This document shows, one piece after another, positions 9,801 through 20,525 of a stretch of 64,000 nt of DNA (the stretch's first letter is position 1; every line of letters begins with the position of its first letter). The stretch is from an uncultured Planctomycetales bacterium. GTDB taxonomy: Bacteria; Omnitrophota; Gorgyraeia; Zapsychrales; JAHFFX01. The notes beneath the pieces are model-generated. The model was given only the letters and a program-made list of their open reading frames with translations. It was not told where the DNA came from and ran no database searches. The stretch is taken from positions 36,305-100,304 of the forward strand of contig CAYJRN010000001.1 of assembly GCA_964372915.1 (NCBI GenBank), read 5' to 3'. Made by a program: the position numbers and the translations under genes.

Positions 9801-10677
9801 GGGTTCCATCGTCGCCATCGCCACACCATTTAAAAATGGACGTATCGATGAGACGGCGCTAAAAAAATTGGTAGAGTTTCAAATCAAGAATGGAACCAGC
9901 GGCATTGTTCCCTGCGGGACGACGGGAGAATCCCCGACTTTGTCCACGGCCGAACATGAATGGGTGATTGAACTCTGCATCAAATTCGTCAACAAAAGGA
10001 TTCCTATTATCGCCGGAACGGGCTCCAACAGCACCGAAGAGGCTGTTTCCTTGACTAAACACGCGGCTCAAGCCGGAGCGGATGGAGCTCTTATTGTTTC
10101 GCCGTACTACAACAAACCGACGCAAAAAGGGCTGTATTTGCACTTCAAGGAAATCGCCCATAACGTTGATATCCCCATCATTCTTTATAACATCGCGGGA
10201 CGCACCGGCGTGAATATCGAGCCGGCAACGATCGCCAAACTGGCCAATGACTGCAAAAATATCATCGGCGTCAAAGAAGCTTCAGGCTCTCTCGAACAAA
10301 TGGCCGTCATCAAAAATCTTTGCGGGGACCGATTCCTGTTGTTTTCCGGAGACGATGCTTTGACTTTGCCAGTTTTAAGCATTGGCGGCCTGGGGGTCAT
10401 TTCGGTTCTTGCCAACATCGTGCCGCGTGAGGTCGCTGATCTTATTCACTCCTTCGAAAACGGAGATATTAAAAAGGCTCAGAAGATTCACAATAAGCTT
10501 TTGCCCCTGGTCAAAGCCGTGTTCCTCGAGACTAATCCCATTCCAGTTAAAACCGCGATGGGATTGATGGGACTCTGCATGGGCGATTTGCGTTTACCGC
10601 TATGCTCCATGTCGGATGAAAATTTGGACAAATTAAAAAAAGCTTTAAGAGAATACGGATTACTAAAAGGGAAATAA
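9793..10677 (+). CDS. dapA: 4-hydroxy-tetrahydrodipicolinate synthase
   Basis: MFKGSIVAIATPF..GTTGESPTLS.. with the DapA lysine region. The start is chosen at MFKG; the track ORF begins at 9760. Confidence 0.85.
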   Translation: MFKGSIVAIATPFKNGRIDETALKKLVEFQIKNGTSGIVPCGTTGESPTLSTAEHEWVIELCIKFVNKRIPIIAGTGSNSTEEAVSLTKHAAQAGADGALIVSPYYNKPTQKGLYLHFKEIAHNVDIPIILYNIAGRTGVNIEPATIAKLANDCKNIIGVKEASGSLEQMAVIKNLCGDRFLLFSGDDALTLPVLSIGGLGVISVLANIVPREVADLIHSFENGDIKKAQKIHNKLLPLVKAVFLETNPIPVKTAMGLMGLCMGDLRLPLCSMSDENLDKLKKALREYGLLKGK

Positions 10678-11405
10678 TGATTAAACTTGCGGTCAGCGGC
10701 GCCCGGGGAAGGATGGGGCAGAGAATTTCTCAACTGGCGGGCGAAGACAAGGCCTTCAAAATAAAAACGCTCCTGGAAAGCCCTAACCACCCGGAAGCTC
10801 ATGGAGAATTCTATGGTGTCAAAGTAAGCACAGACGCCTCTTCCCTCAAGGGCTGTGATGTCCTTATCGAATTTACCGCTCCCGGCGCGACGATTGAACA
10901 CGTTCAAACCTGTGTCAAACTCAGCGTTAAAATGGTCATTGGGACGACGGGTTTAACGGCCGAGCAAATCAAAATCATTAAAAAAGCCTCGGCAAAAATC
11001 CCCATTGTCTTTTCCTCTAATATGTCGGTTGGAGTGAATATCCTTTTTGGCCTGGCGAGGGAAGCGGCAAAAAAGACCGCCGGCGCTTATAGAATGCGGC
11101 TTGTGGAAGCGCATCACATTCATAAGCAAGACGCGCCTTCGGGCACGGCAAAGACCATTGCCGAGATTGTTGAGACTGCCTCTAAGAAAAAAGTGGACGA
11201 CATTCAATCCATCCGGGAAGGGGAGATCGTTGGAGATCACGATGTGATCTTTGAAAGCCCCGTGGATACGATCACAATCCGCCATCATGCCAAGACCCGC
11301 GACATTTTCGCCGCCGGGGCGCTGGTGGCCGCTAAATTCCTCTCAAAGAAGGACAAGGGATTGTTTACGATGGAAGAGGTCCTGGAGCAACTGCTATGCC
11401 TGTGA
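10677..11405 (+). CDS. dapB: 4-hydroxy-tetrahydrodipicolinate reductase
   Basis: MIKLAVSGARGRMGQ.. NAD-binding start; ..EAHHIHKQDAPSGTA.. DapB signature. Confidence 0.85.
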   Translation: MIKLAVSGARGRMGQRISQLAGEDKAFKIKTLLESPNHPEAHGEFYGVKVSTDASSLKGCDVLIEFTAPGATIEHVQTCVKLSVKMVIGTTGLTAEQIKIIKKASAKIPIVFSSNMSVGVNILFGLAREAAKKTAGAYRMRLVEAHHIHKQDAPSGTAKTIAEIVETASKKKVDDIQSIREGEIVGDHDVIFESPVDTITIRHHAKTRDIFAAGALVAAKFLSKKDKGLFTMEEVLEQLLCL

Positions 11406-12562
11406 CCATTGAATTTTCCGAACGCCTCAAACAATTGCCGCCGTATTTGTTTCTGGAAATCGATAAGGCCAAACGTGCGGCGATGGCCGCCGGACGGGAC
11501 GTCATCGATCTGGGGATTGGCGACCCTGATACCGGAACACCACAACAAATCATTGACGCGCTGAAAGAAGCGGCCCAGAACCCAGCCAATCATCACTATG
11601 CCTTCGATGCCGGTATGCCGGAATTGCGCCGGCAAATTTCCGTTTGGTTTAAGAAGCGTTTTAAAGTTGATCTTAATCCCGACACGGAAATTTATCCCGT
11701 CATCGGATCTAAAGAAGGACTCTCCCATCTGCCGATGGGGATCGTAAATCCCAAAGACAAAGTGATTGTTCCTGACCCATCCTACCCGGGATATCCCGCG
11801 TCCGTGATTTTTGCCGGCGGGAAAGTCGTCTCAGCGCCTTTAAAAGAGCGCAATGGCTTCTTGCCGGACTTAAATAAAATCAAAGATCTGTCGGGGGTGA
11901 AGATGATGTTTGTCAATTACCCTAACAACCCGACGGCGGCGGTGGCGACCCAAGAGTTCTATACGGAGCTCGTCTCTATCGCCCGCGACAAAGGGATGAT
12001 CCTGGTCTCGGATATGGCCTACTCTGAAATCTATTATGATAACGAAAAACCCTTAAGCATTCTCGAGATTGAAGGCGCCAAAGAAGTCGCCATTGAATTC
12101 CATTCGTTTTCTAAAACCTATTCGATGACCGGCTGGCGGATCGGCTGGGCCTGCGGGAACCCCACGCTGATCGCGGCGCTCGGCAAGGTCAAGTCCAACG
12201 TCGATTCAGGAATTTTTCAGGCGATCCAAATCGCCGGGATGCGCGCTCTTCAACTGGATGAGCTGGAGGTCCAGCATCTTCGTGAAATGTATCAAGAACG
12301 CCGCGATGCCCTTATTAACGGTTTACGCTCGATTGGCTGGAAAATACCTTCTCCCAAAGCCACATTTTACGTCTGGGGAAAAATCCCGAAGAAGTTCTCA
12401 AATTCCATGGCAGCGGCCCAAGCGTTCCTCGATGAAGCTGATATTGTCGCTACACCGGGTGTGGGATTCGGCAAAAGCGCGGAAGGTTACATTCGCATGA
12501 CCATCACGATGCCCAAGGAACGCATCAATGAAGCCGTCGAACGTTTACGAAAGGTTTTGTAA
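11396..12562 (+). CDS. PLP aminotransferase, probable LL-diaminopimelate aminotransferase (DapL-like)
   Basis: ..LPPYLFLEIDK..IDLGIGDPD.. N-terminus is typical of DapL-type enzymes, and the gene sits in a DAP/lysine cluster. A general aspartate aminotransferase cannot be excluded. Confidence 0.55.
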   Translation: MPVTIEFSERLKQLPPYLFLEIDKAKRAAMAAGRDVIDLGIGDPDTGTPQQIIDALKEAAQNPANHHYAFDAGMPELRRQISVWFKKRFKVDLNPDTEIYPVIGSKEGLSHLPMGIVNPKDKVIVPDPSYPGYPASVIFAGGKVVSAPLKERNGFLPDLNKIKDLSGVKMMFVNYPNNPTAAVATQEFYTELVSIARDKGMILVSDMAYSEIYYDNEKPLSILEIEGAKEVAIEFHSFSKTYSMTGWRIGWACGNPTLIAALGKVKSNVDSGIFQAIQIAGMRALQLDELEVQHLREMYQERRDALINGLRSIGWKIPSPKATFYVWGKIPKKFSNSMAAAQAFLDEADIVATPGVGFGKSAEGYIRMTITMPKERINEAVERLRKVL

Positions 12563-12997
12563 TTGGCGATCTGTTTTCTTGCTCTAGGTTCAAATCTGGG
12601 AAAACGTGAAGAGCACATTCAAAACGCCATTGAAGAGCTGAAGAACGGTGGCGCGCACGTTCAGAAAGTTTCCGGGATCATCGAAACCAAACCCCAGGGC
12701 GGCCCTCTTCAAGGCGATTATTTGAACGCCGTTGCCAAAATCGAAACTCAGCTTCCCCCGCAAGAATTACTGCAATTGATCCAATCCGTTGAGCAAAGGC
12801 TCGGCCGAGAGCGCGCGGTCCTCAACGGCCCGCGCACCATTGACATTGATCTTCTTATCTATGATCATTTGAAAATTAACACCCCTCAACTGACAGTGCC
12901 TCACCCTCGAATGCTACAAAGAGAATTCGTTATGATTCCTCTCTTGGAAATCGCCCCCGAACTTACCGCGGAACTCGCCCATGCCTATCATCCGTAG
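12563..12997 (+). CDS. folK: 2-amino-4-hydroxy-6-hydroxymethyldihydropteridine pyrophosphokinase
   Basis: ..LALGSNLG..GPRTIDIDLL.. HPPK motifs. Confidence 0.8.
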   Translation: MAICFLALGSNLGKREEHIQNAIEELKNGGAHVQKVSGIIETKPQGGPLQGDYLNAVAKIETQLPPQELLQLIQSVEQRLGRERAVLNGPRTIDIDLLIYDHLKINTPQLTVPHPRMLQREFVMIPLLEIAPELTAELAHAYHP

Positions 12998-13829
12998 TGT
13001 CAAAAAAATGCAAGAAATAAGCGAGAAACTTAAAAAGGAGGACAAAAGCATCGGTTTTGTCCCGACGATGGGATATCTGCATCAAGGGCACGCCTCGCTT
13101 CTTAAGGCCTCTCGCCAAGAAAACGCGGTAAGTGTCTTGAGCATTTTCGTTAATCCAAAGCAGTTCGGCAAAAATGAAGATTTTTCCAAATACCCTCGGG
13201 ATTTTAAAAAAGATGAATTATTGGCAAAAAAAGAAAAAGTTGATATAATCTTTTATCCGTCGGCCGACGATATGTACTCAACGAGACATTTGACGAACCT
13301 GACCGTGGAAGGGATTTCAAAAATTTTGTGCGGAAAATTCCGTCCGGAACATTTTCAAGGTGTGACAACGATCGTCGCGAAACTTCTTAATATCGTCAAT
13401 CCCGACATCATGTATTTGGGCCAAAAGGATGCTCAGCAGGCCATTGTCATCAAAAGAATGGTAGAAGACCTTAATTTCCCGACACGCATCAAAGTCTTGC
13501 CGACCGTTCGCGAGTCCGATGGGTTGGCCATAAGTTCCAGAAATGCTTACCTCAATTCCCGTCAAAGACAAGCAGCCCCCATCCTTTATCAAGCCTTGTC
13601 CCAAGCCAAAACGGCGATTCTTCAAGGCGAACGAAACCCGCAAAGAGTTAAAGGTCTGCTTCGCTCGCTCATTCAAAAAAACAGTATAAGCCATACGGAT
13701 TATATCGAATGCGTTGCCGCCGACTCTCTGGGTTCCCTCAAAAGACTCGAAGGGACGGTACTCATCACCCTGGCCGCATGGTTCGGGAAGGCCAGGCTCA
13801 TTGATAATATCGTCGTGAAAATTCCATGA
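12981..13829 (+). CDS. panC: pantoate--beta-alanine ligase
   Basis: ..VPTMGYLHQGHASL.. HIGH-like motif and ..LGQKDAQQ.. are present. Confidence 0.9.
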   Translation: MPIIRSVKKMQEISEKLKKEDKSIGFVPTMGYLHQGHASLLKASRQENAVSVLSIFVNPKQFGKNEDFSKYPRDFKKDELLAKKEKVDIIFYPSADDMYSTRHLTNLTVEGISKILCGKFRPEHFQGVTTIVAKLLNIVNPDIMYLGQKDAQQAIVIKRMVEDLNFPTRIKVLPTVRESDGLAISSRNAYLNSRQRQAAPILYQALSQAKTAILQGERNPQRVKGLLRSLIQKNSISHTDYIECVAADSLGSLKRLEGTVLITLAAWFGKARLIDNIVVKIP

Positions 13830-14653
13830 TCCGGAAAACCAAAAAAATCAAGATTGGAATTATCGGCTGCGGGGCCATCGGATCTCGCATCGCCCAAAGC
13901 ATCACCCAGGATTTCAAGGATGACTGCCGCTTGTCGGGTCTATATGATATCGACCCTCTCAAGACGCAAAAACTCGCGCAAGCAGTAGCCACGCCCCGGG
14001 TCGTTCAACATTCCTTGAAAGAACTCATCCAATCTGCGGAATTCATCGTAGAGGCCGTTACCGCTAAAAATACCAAGGATATTATTAAAAAGGTGCTGCG
14101 CGCCAAAAGGAGTATCCTGGTCATGAGCGTAGGACATCTTTTGAACGCTAAAGATATTTTTCAGTTAGCCGATAGAAATAAGTGTGAACTCTTAATTCCT
14201 TCCGGCGCCATTGCCGGGATTGACGCCATCAAGGCGGCAAGTTTAAAAAATATCAAAAGCATTACCTTAACGACCCGTAAACCTCCCTCGGGGTTTGCGG
14301 ATACTCCTTATATTGCTCAAAAACAGATCGTTCTCAAGGACATCAAAAAAGAAACAACCATCTTTGAAGGAAAAGTGGACGAAGCGGTCAAATATTTTCC
14401 CAAGAATATCAACGTGGCGGCAACCGTGGCCCTGGCCGCCAACGCCCAGGACAAGCTCTCTGTGCGCATCGTCACCTCACCGGAATTCAAAACGAATTCC
14501 CATGAGATTGAAGTCATCGGTGATTTTGGACGGATGGTCACGATGACCGACAATGTCGTATGCCCCGACAATCCAAAGACGAGTTACTTGGCCGTCTTGT
14601 CCGCGATTCAAACGCTCAAGCAATATCTTAAGGGGGTTAAACTCGGTACTTAA
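13826..14653 (+). CDS. aspartate dehydrogenase-like NAD(P) oxidoreductase
   Basis: N-terminal Rossmann GIIGCGAIG followed by a C-terminal Asp-dehydrogenase-like domain. Its position beside panC suggests it supplies a beta-alanine/aspartate precursor. Confidence 0.5.
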   Translation: MIRKTKKIKIGIIGCGAIGSRIAQSITQDFKDDCRLSGLYDIDPLKTQKLAQAVATPRVVQHSLKELIQSAEFIVEAVTAKNTKDIIKKVLRAKRSILVMSVGHLLNAKDIFQLADRNKCELLIPSGAIAGIDAIKAASLKNIKSITLTTRKPPSGFADTPYIAQKQIVLKDIKKETTIFEGKVDEAVKYFPKNINVAATVALAANAQDKLSVRIVTSPEFKTNSHEIEVIGDFGRMVTMTDNVVCPDNPKTSYLAVLSAIQTLKQYLKGVKLGT

Positions 14654-14686
14654 CTTTACTTAACTTACGGAGGGAGGTGAACAACA

Positions 14687-14938
14687 ATGGCACAAAAAGT
14701 CGCTAAGGTGGGAGTCAAGAAACAAAAAGGCTACCTGTATTTTGTCGACAAGCATGGGGACGTTTCCTGCGCAAAGATGGCTCGCGGCAACAAAAAAGGA
14801 GGCGCTCCTAAGAAGGTCGCTAAGGTGGGAGTGAAGAAGCAGGGCGGCTATCTTTACTTTATCGACAAGCACGGTGATATCTCCTGCGCCAAAATGGTGC
14901 GTGGAGGAAAAAAGAAGAAGGCCGCAAAAAGAAAGTAA
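14687..14938 (+). CDS. small lysine-rich protein built from two tandem ~38-aa repeats (hypothetical)
   Basis: MAQ-KVAKVGVKKQKGYLYFVDKHGDVSCAKMARG is followed by an almost identical KVAKVGVKKQGGYLYFIDKHGDISCAKMVRG. A strong SD (ggagggaggtg) lies upstream and a perfect GC hairpin downstream. Confidence 0.5.
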   Translation: MAQKVAKVGVKKQKGYLYFVDKHGDVSCAKMARGNKKGGAPKKVAKVGVKKQGGYLYFIDKHGDISCAKMVRGGKKKKAAKRK

Positions 14939-14954
14939 CATCGTCTTAAAACCT

Positions 14955-14984
14955 GAAGGGCGCCCCGCCATGGCGGGGCGCCCT
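14955..14984 (+). terminator. perfect GC-rich palindrome (probable intrinsic terminator) after the small repeat protein
   Basis: AAGGGCGCCCCGCCATGGCGGGGCGCCCTT is fully self-complementary, though no clear T-tract follows it. Confidence 0.5.
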
Positions 14985-15006
14985 TGCAATTGTCCGCAAT
15001 AAAGAA

Positions 15007-17793
15007 ATGAATACCGATTTTATCGTCATCCGCGGGGCGAAAGAGCACAACCTCAAAAACATCCACCTGAAAATCCCGCGCAACCAGTTTATCGTCATCA
15101 CGGGTTTAAGCGGTTCAGGGAAATCCTCACTGGCCTTCGACACCATTTACGCCGAGGGACAACGCCGTTACGTCGAAAGTCTTTCCGCGTACGCCCGTCA
15201 ATTCCTCGAACAGCTTCAGAAACCGGACGTCGAATCCATCGAAGGCCTTTCGCCGACGATTTCTATTGAGCAAAAAACCACCAGTCGCAATCCCCGCTCG
15301 ACCGTCGCCACCCAAACAGAAATTTACGATTACCTGCGTTTGCTCTTTGCCCGTATCGGCACGCCTTACTGTTATCACTGCGGGAAAAAAATCGAACGGC
15401 AGACCGTCCCTGAAATCGCCAACCAAATCCTCGAATGGGAAGAAGGGACCAGCATCAATATCCTCGCGCCTTTAATCCGCGGCCGCAAAGGAGAGTATCG
15501 GCAGATCCCCAAACAGGTGGCCCAAGCCGGATTCGCGCGCGTCCGCGTTGATGGCAAAATTCACGAGGTGAGCGAGAACATCAAACTTGATAAGTTCAAG
15601 ATTCACCATATTGAAGTCGTTGTTGACCGTCTCACCATTAAACCCAACATCCGTAAACGCCTGACCGATTCCATCGAGACCGCACTTCAAACCGGAAAAG
15701 GAATTCTCCTCGTGGATTTTAACGCCCAGGCGCCCGACAAAACCTTCAGCGAAAAATATGCCTGCGTTGACTGCGGCATCAACGTCTCGGAAATCGAACC
15801 CAGAATTTTTTCCTTCAATTCTCCTTACGGGGCCTGCCCCGCCTGCAACGGTCTCGGCACCAAGATGGAAATCGACCCCGAACTCATTATCCCGGACCCT
15901 GCCAAACCCTGGATCCAGGCGATTGTCCCCTGGTCAAAAGCCGGACGCGGATTCATGTTTTATTACAAAGCCGTGTTCCGCGAGATCGCCCATATTTACA
16001 AGGTCGATCAACAAATCTCTTACAAGGACCTCAACAAAAAATTCAAAAATATCATCCTCCATGGTTCCGAACATATTATATGGGGAAGGCAATTCGAGGG
16101 AATTCTGGCGTATCTCGAACGCTTATTTAAAGAGACCGGCAACGAATGGCTCAAGGATGAGCTCTCCAAATTCATGTCGGTCTTACCGTGCCCGGACTGC
16201 CAAGGCCATAGACTTAAACCCGAATCGCTCGCCGTTAAAATCGCCGAAAAAAATATCGCGCAAATCACCGCCGGCTCCATCAAGGAGGTCAAACAATTTT
16301 TCCTGAATCTCCCGCTGACGCGCGATCAAAAAACGATCAGCGAGCAAATCCTTAAAGAAATCATTCGGCGTTTGGACTTTTGCATCAATGTGGGACTTGA
16401 ATACTTGAGCCTCGATCGCAAAAGCGCCACGCTTTCCGGCGGAGAAGCCGAACGAATTCGGCTGGCCACACAAGTCGGCTCAGGGCTTATGGGCGTTATC
16501 TACATTTTGGATGAACCGAGTATTGGTTTACATCAAAAAGACAATGAGCGCCTACTCTCAACACTACAATCCTTGAGGGATTTGGGAAACACCCTGATCG
16601 TCGTTGAACACGATGAGGCCACCATCCGAGCCGCCGATTACATCATTGATCTTGGCCCCGGCGCCGGGGAGCATGGCGGGGAAATCATTTACGCCGGCGA
16701 TGTTGCGGGTCTTTTAAAATCGAAAAAATCTTTGACCGGCCAATACTTGCGCAATCAGCTCAAGATTCCAACGCCAGAAAAAAGAAGAGAGATCGTCAAG
16801 GCCCCGCAGGTAAAAATCATCGGGGCCAAACAGCATAATCTTAAAAATATTGATGTCTCTTTTCCGCTGGGAACATTCATCGCCATTACCGGTGTTTCCG
16901 GATCTGGAAAATCAACTCTCATTGATGGCATCCTCTATAAGGCGCTGGCGCAAAAATTGTATCGCTCCCGAGAGAAAGCCGGCGAACACAAAAGAATTGA
17001 GGGAATTGAAAATTTGGATAAGGTTATTGTCGTGGATCAATCACCGATCGGACGAACGCCGCGCTCGAATCCGGCGACCTACACCGGTGTTTTCAGCCCC
17101 ATCCGTGATCTCTTTAGCCAAGTCCCTGAAGCCAAGATGCGCGGATATAAACCCGGACGTTTTAGTTTCAACGTCAAAGGCGGCCGCTGCGAGGCCTGCG
17201 GGGGCGATGGCATCAAAAAAATCGAAATGCACTTTCTTCCCGATGTTTATGTGGAATGCGAAGTCTGTCACGGACGCCGTTTCACCGAACAGACGCTCGA
17301 CATCCACTTCAAAGATAAAAATATCGCCGAGGTCTTGAACCTTTCGGTGGTGGAGGCCATTCAAATCTTTGAAAACATCCCGCGCATCAAAAACATTTTG
17401 GAAACTCTCAACGACGTGGGGCTTGGTTATATCAAACTCGGTCAACCCGCGACCACTCTTTCCGGCGGGGAAGCGCAGCGCGTGAAACTGGCGAGCGAAC
17501 TCTGTAAGACCGCGACCGGACGCACGCTTTATATTTTGGATGAGCCAACGACCGGGCTGCACTTTTTTGATGTGGATAAACTGCTTCGCGTTCTGCAACG
17601 CTTGGTCGACCGCGGCAACACGGTTCTGGTCATCGAGCACAATCTCGAAGTCGTTAAAAACGCCGATTACATCATTGATCTTGGGCCCGAAGGAGGCGAT
17701 AAAGGGGGACACGTGATCTTTGCCGGTTCCCCAGAAAGCTTGATCAAAAACAAAATCTCCCACACCGCCCGTTATCTCAAGGAATTGCTCTAA
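15007..17793 (+). CDS. uvrA: excinuclease ABC subunit A
   Basis: 928 aa with two ABC ATPase modules ([12 protein letters not shown].., [10 protein letters not shown]..) and zinc-finger cysteines. Confidence 0.95.
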   Translation: MNTDFIVIRGAKEHNLKNIHLKIPRNQFIVITGLSGSGKSSLAFDTIYAEGQRRYVESLSAYARQFLEQLQKPDVESIEGLSPTISIEQKTTSRNPRSTVATQTEIYDYLRLLFARIGTPYCYHCGKKIERQTVPEIANQILEWEEGTSINILAPLIRGRKGEYRQIPKQVAQAGFARVRVDGKIHEVSENIKLDKFKIHHIEVVVDRLTIKPNIRKRLTDSIETALQTGKGILLVDFNAQAPDKTFSEKYACVDCGINVSEIEPRIFSFNSPYGACPACNGLGTKMEIDPELIIPDPAKPWIQAIVPWSKAGRGFMFYYKAVFREIAHIYKVDQQISYKDLNKKFKNIILHGSEHIIWGRQFEGILAYLERLFKETGNEWLKDELSKFMSVLPCPDCQGHRLKPESLAVKIAEKNIAQITAGSIKEVKQFFLNLPLTRDQKTISEQILKEIIRRLDFCINVGLEYLSLDRKSATLSGGEAERIRLATQVGSGLMGVIYILDEPSIGLHQKDNERLLSTLQSLRDLGNTLIVVEHDEATIRAADYIIDLGPGAGEHGGEIIYAGDVAGLLKSKKSLTGQYLRNQLKIPTPEKRREIVKAPQVKIIGAKQHNLKNIDVSFPLGTFIAITGVSGSGKSTLIDGILYKALAQKLYRSREKAGEHKRIEGIENLDKVIVVDQSPIGRTPRSNPATYTGVFSPIRDLFSQVPEAKMRGYKPGRFSFNVKGGRCEACGGDGIKKIEMHFLPDVYVECEVCHGRRFTEQTLDIHFKDKNIAEVLNLSVVEAIQIFENIPRIKNILETLNDVGLGYIKLGQPATTLSGGEAQRVKLASELCKTATGRTLYILDEPTTGLHFFDVDKLLRVLQRLVDRGNTVLVIEHNLEVVKNADYIIDLGPEGGDKGGHVIFAGSPESLIKNKISHTARYLKELL

Positions 17794-17836
17794 CCTTCAT
17801 GAACCTCGGCTGGAAAAAGCATTCAAACCTGTTATA

Positions 17837-20374
17837 ATGTTTCTTATGCTTCAGAACGTCAAAATACATCTTATTTTTTTACCTACCGCCTTCCTAATTC
17901 TTACAGCGTCCTTTTATCTCTGGGCACAACCCGCGGGAACCTCCATGGGTATTCAAACTTCTCAACTGGCCGTTCAACCAGCCGGTTCTGAACAGGAAAA
18001 GGAACTCTTTCTCATCGCTCAGCGGGCCTTCGATGATGGTTTCTATGACGTAGCGATGCGTTACATCGACCAATTCCTGCGGGAATATCCTCAAAGCGAC
18101 AAAAAAGTCCAAGCCGGGATCCTTTTAGGCCAATGCTATTTTTTTAAAAACCAGTATCTAAAAGCCTTTGACATCTTTCAGCCACTTTTGCAGAGTTCGG
18201 AATTCAAAGACGCAACCCTTTTCTGGCTGGGAGAAACTTATCTGAAGGGTTCAGATTACTCCAAGGCTGAAAAACAATACCGCCAAATCCTCGAGGTCTA
18301 TCCTGATTCTCCGTACGCGCCGCAGGCCTATTATTCCCTGGGATGGGCCTACTTTGACCAGAAAGAATATCAAAGCGCCCGCGACATTTTCATCCAACTT
18401 GTCAAAAAATTTCCCCTTCATCAACTCGCGGAAGACGGGATGTTCAAAGTCGGAGAATCCGAATACAATCTGCATGGATACGACAACGCGATCCAATACT
18501 TTCAAGATTATATCTTCAAGAATCCTAAATCTCCGCGCCATGACCAAGCTTACTTTTACACGGCGGAGTCGTATTATTATTCGGGGAAATTCACCGAGGC
18601 CGTTGACTACTACGCCAAAGTGATTGAAATCTCCACCGACTCCAAACTCGTTGTGATGGCCAAAGTCAGCACCGGCTGGAGCCATCTCAAACAAAAGAAT
18701 TACGAGCCCTCGCAGAAAGCCTTCGAAGAGGCGCAAACCTTTGCCAAACAAAAAGGGATTTTGAGCGATGACATTTACCTGGGACTCGCCAACCTTTATT
18801 CTGAAATGGGACAAAATGATAAATCGCTACAGGCGTACAACGAACTCATTAAAAACTTTCCCGACAGCCCAAGACTCGCGGAAAGTTATTTAGGAAAAGC
18901 CAACGTTCAGTATCTGCTCAAGGATTACAAATCGGCCATTGAGACTTACCAGCGGGTGATTGAACATTTTAAAAAAGCTCCAGAAGACAAAGAGATCGTT
19001 GAAAAAACGTATTTCGGAATGGCCTGGGCCTACCTCAAAAGCGGAGACATTGATTCGGCCATCAAGAACTTCGAGAAAATCATGGACCAGACGCAAAATA
19101 AGATCGTAAAGGTCAGCGCCTTGACGCAGATCGGCGACGCCTACCAGGACGCAGGCAATCTTCAAAAAGCCCTGGAGGTCTACGACAAAATCCTAAGAAA
19201 TTTTCCCGACAGCCTTTACAGCGACTATGTTCAATTCCGGCAGGGTATCACGCTTCTTAAAATGGACAAGGCCGAGGCCGCAATTCTTGCTCTGCAGACT
19301 CTACGAACCAATTTTCCCAACAGCAAATTTTTAACCGAAAGCAAATATTATCTTGGGGTGGCGTTCTTTAAAAAAACCGATTGGGCGAGGGCCAAAGAGA
19401 ATATCGAAGATTTCCTTAAAGAATCCCCCAAGAATTCCGAGTACCTCACAGAAGCCAATTACCTTCTGGCCTTAAGCCTCTTCAATCAGGATAAGGCGCA
19501 GGAGGCTATGAAAGTATTCGAAAAAATCCTCAAGGATCTTCCAGCCGAAGAAAACTTGGTCCGTCAATGTGAACTTGGGATCGCCAAGTGTTTCTATAAA
19601 TTGGGCGACACTCAAGAGGCCGTCAAGAGATTCAAAGCCGTCATCTATAAATCCCCTAAAACCGAGACCGCTCTTACCGCCCTCATGTGGCTGGGCGATT
19701 ATTCGCTGGAGCTTCCCAATTTCGAGAACGCCATACGCTATTATCAACAAATCCTCAAAGATTATCCCGGAAATAACCTCACGGCCTTAACCCATTACAA
19801 GCTTGGCCAGGCTTTCCAGGGAGAGAACCAGCTTGATGAGGCCATCAATGAATACAAACTCATCGATGATCCCAACGATAAAGAACTCTACGCCAGGGCC
19901 AAACTTGCGGTAGCGGATATCTTTTCCAAGGAGCTTGATGCAGCCACAGCGATTGAGACCTATGAGAGTATCGCGGTCCACTGTCCCGAGATGAGGCGTG
20001 ATGCTTACCTGAAAATCGCCGAAGCCTATCAAGCGGAAAAAAAATTTAGTAAGGCACAGGAAGCGCTCCAAAACGCCTTAGCCTCCCAAATCGCCTTGAG
20101 CCAACTCACGGATGCGGAACTGCAATTTAAGCTTGCCGATAATTTTGAATTGTTGAACAAAAGCAAAGAGGCCACTGATACTTACCTAAAAATCGCTTAT
20201 CTTTACCCAAAGGAAAGTCACTGGGTCACCAAAGCGTACTTGCGCGTCGCGCGGATTTTCGAGGACCAAGAGGACTGGGAGAATGCCCAAGTCATTTATG
20301 AAAAAATCATCAAGAGCGGAACAGAGGAAGTCAAATACGCTCAAGAACGATTAGATGGGATTAAGAATAAATGA
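17837..20374 (+). CDS. large secreted tetratricopeptide-repeat protein
   Basis: N-terminal hydrophobic signal/anchor followed by roughly 800 aa of TPR-like repeats. It lies immediately upstream of the tolQ/exbB-like gene. Confidence 0.65.
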   Translation: MFLMLQNVKIHLIFLPTAFLILTASFYLWAQPAGTSMGIQTSQLAVQPAGSEQEKELFLIAQRAFDDGFYDVAMRYIDQFLREYPQSDKKVQAGILLGQCYFFKNQYLKAFDIFQPLLQSSEFKDATLFWLGETYLKGSDYSKAEKQYRQILEVYPDSPYAPQAYYSLGWAYFDQKEYQSARDIFIQLVKKFPLHQLAEDGMFKVGESEYNLHGYDNAIQYFQDYIFKNPKSPRHDQAYFYTAESYYYSGKFTEAVDYYAKVIEISTDSKLVVMAKVSTGWSHLKQKNYEPSQKAFEEAQTFAKQKGILSDDIYLGLANLYSEMGQNDKSLQAYNELIKNFPDSPRLAESYLGKANVQYLLKDYKSAIETYQRVIEHFKKAPEDKEIVEKTYFGMAWAYLKSGDIDSAIKNFEKIMDQTQNKIVKVSALTQIGDAYQDAGNLQKALEVYDKILRNFPDSLYSDYVQFRQGITLLKMDKAEAAILALQTLRTNFPNSKFLTESKYYLGVAFFKKTDWARAKENIEDFLKESPKNSEYLTEANYLLALSLFNQDKAQEAMKVFEKILKDLPAEENLVRQCELGIAKCFYKLGDTQEAVKRFKAVIYKSPKTETALTALMWLGDYSLELPNFENAIRYYQQILKDYPGNNLTALTHYKLGQAFQGENQLDEAINEYKLIDDPNDKELYARAKLAVADIFSKELDAATAIETYESIAVHCPEMRRDAYLKIAEAYQAEKKFSKAQEALQNALASQIALSQLTDAELQFKLADNFELLNKSKEATDTYLKIAYLYPKESHWVTKAYLRVARIFEDQEDWENAQVIYEKIIKSGTEEVKYAQERLDGIKNK

Positions 20375-20456
20375 CCGCCGCACCCCGTCAACGGCGGGGT
20401 GCGGCGGCGGAGCTTAGCCCCACACCCAGCTACCAATTTTATTGCTGGGTGTGGGG
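20375..20456 (+). terminator. two consecutive strong hairpins after the TPR gene
   Basis: CCGCCGCACCCCG-tcaa-CGGCGGGGTGCGGCGG at 20375-20407; CCCCACACCCAGC-13 nt-GCTGGGTGTGGGG at 20418-20456. Confidence 0.6.
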
Positions 20457-20525
20457 TTCAATTCGGCTCGCCGCTTATGTTCACTATCGTTCCATAAGTG
20501 GCGGCCTCATTGAAGGAGGTTTCTT

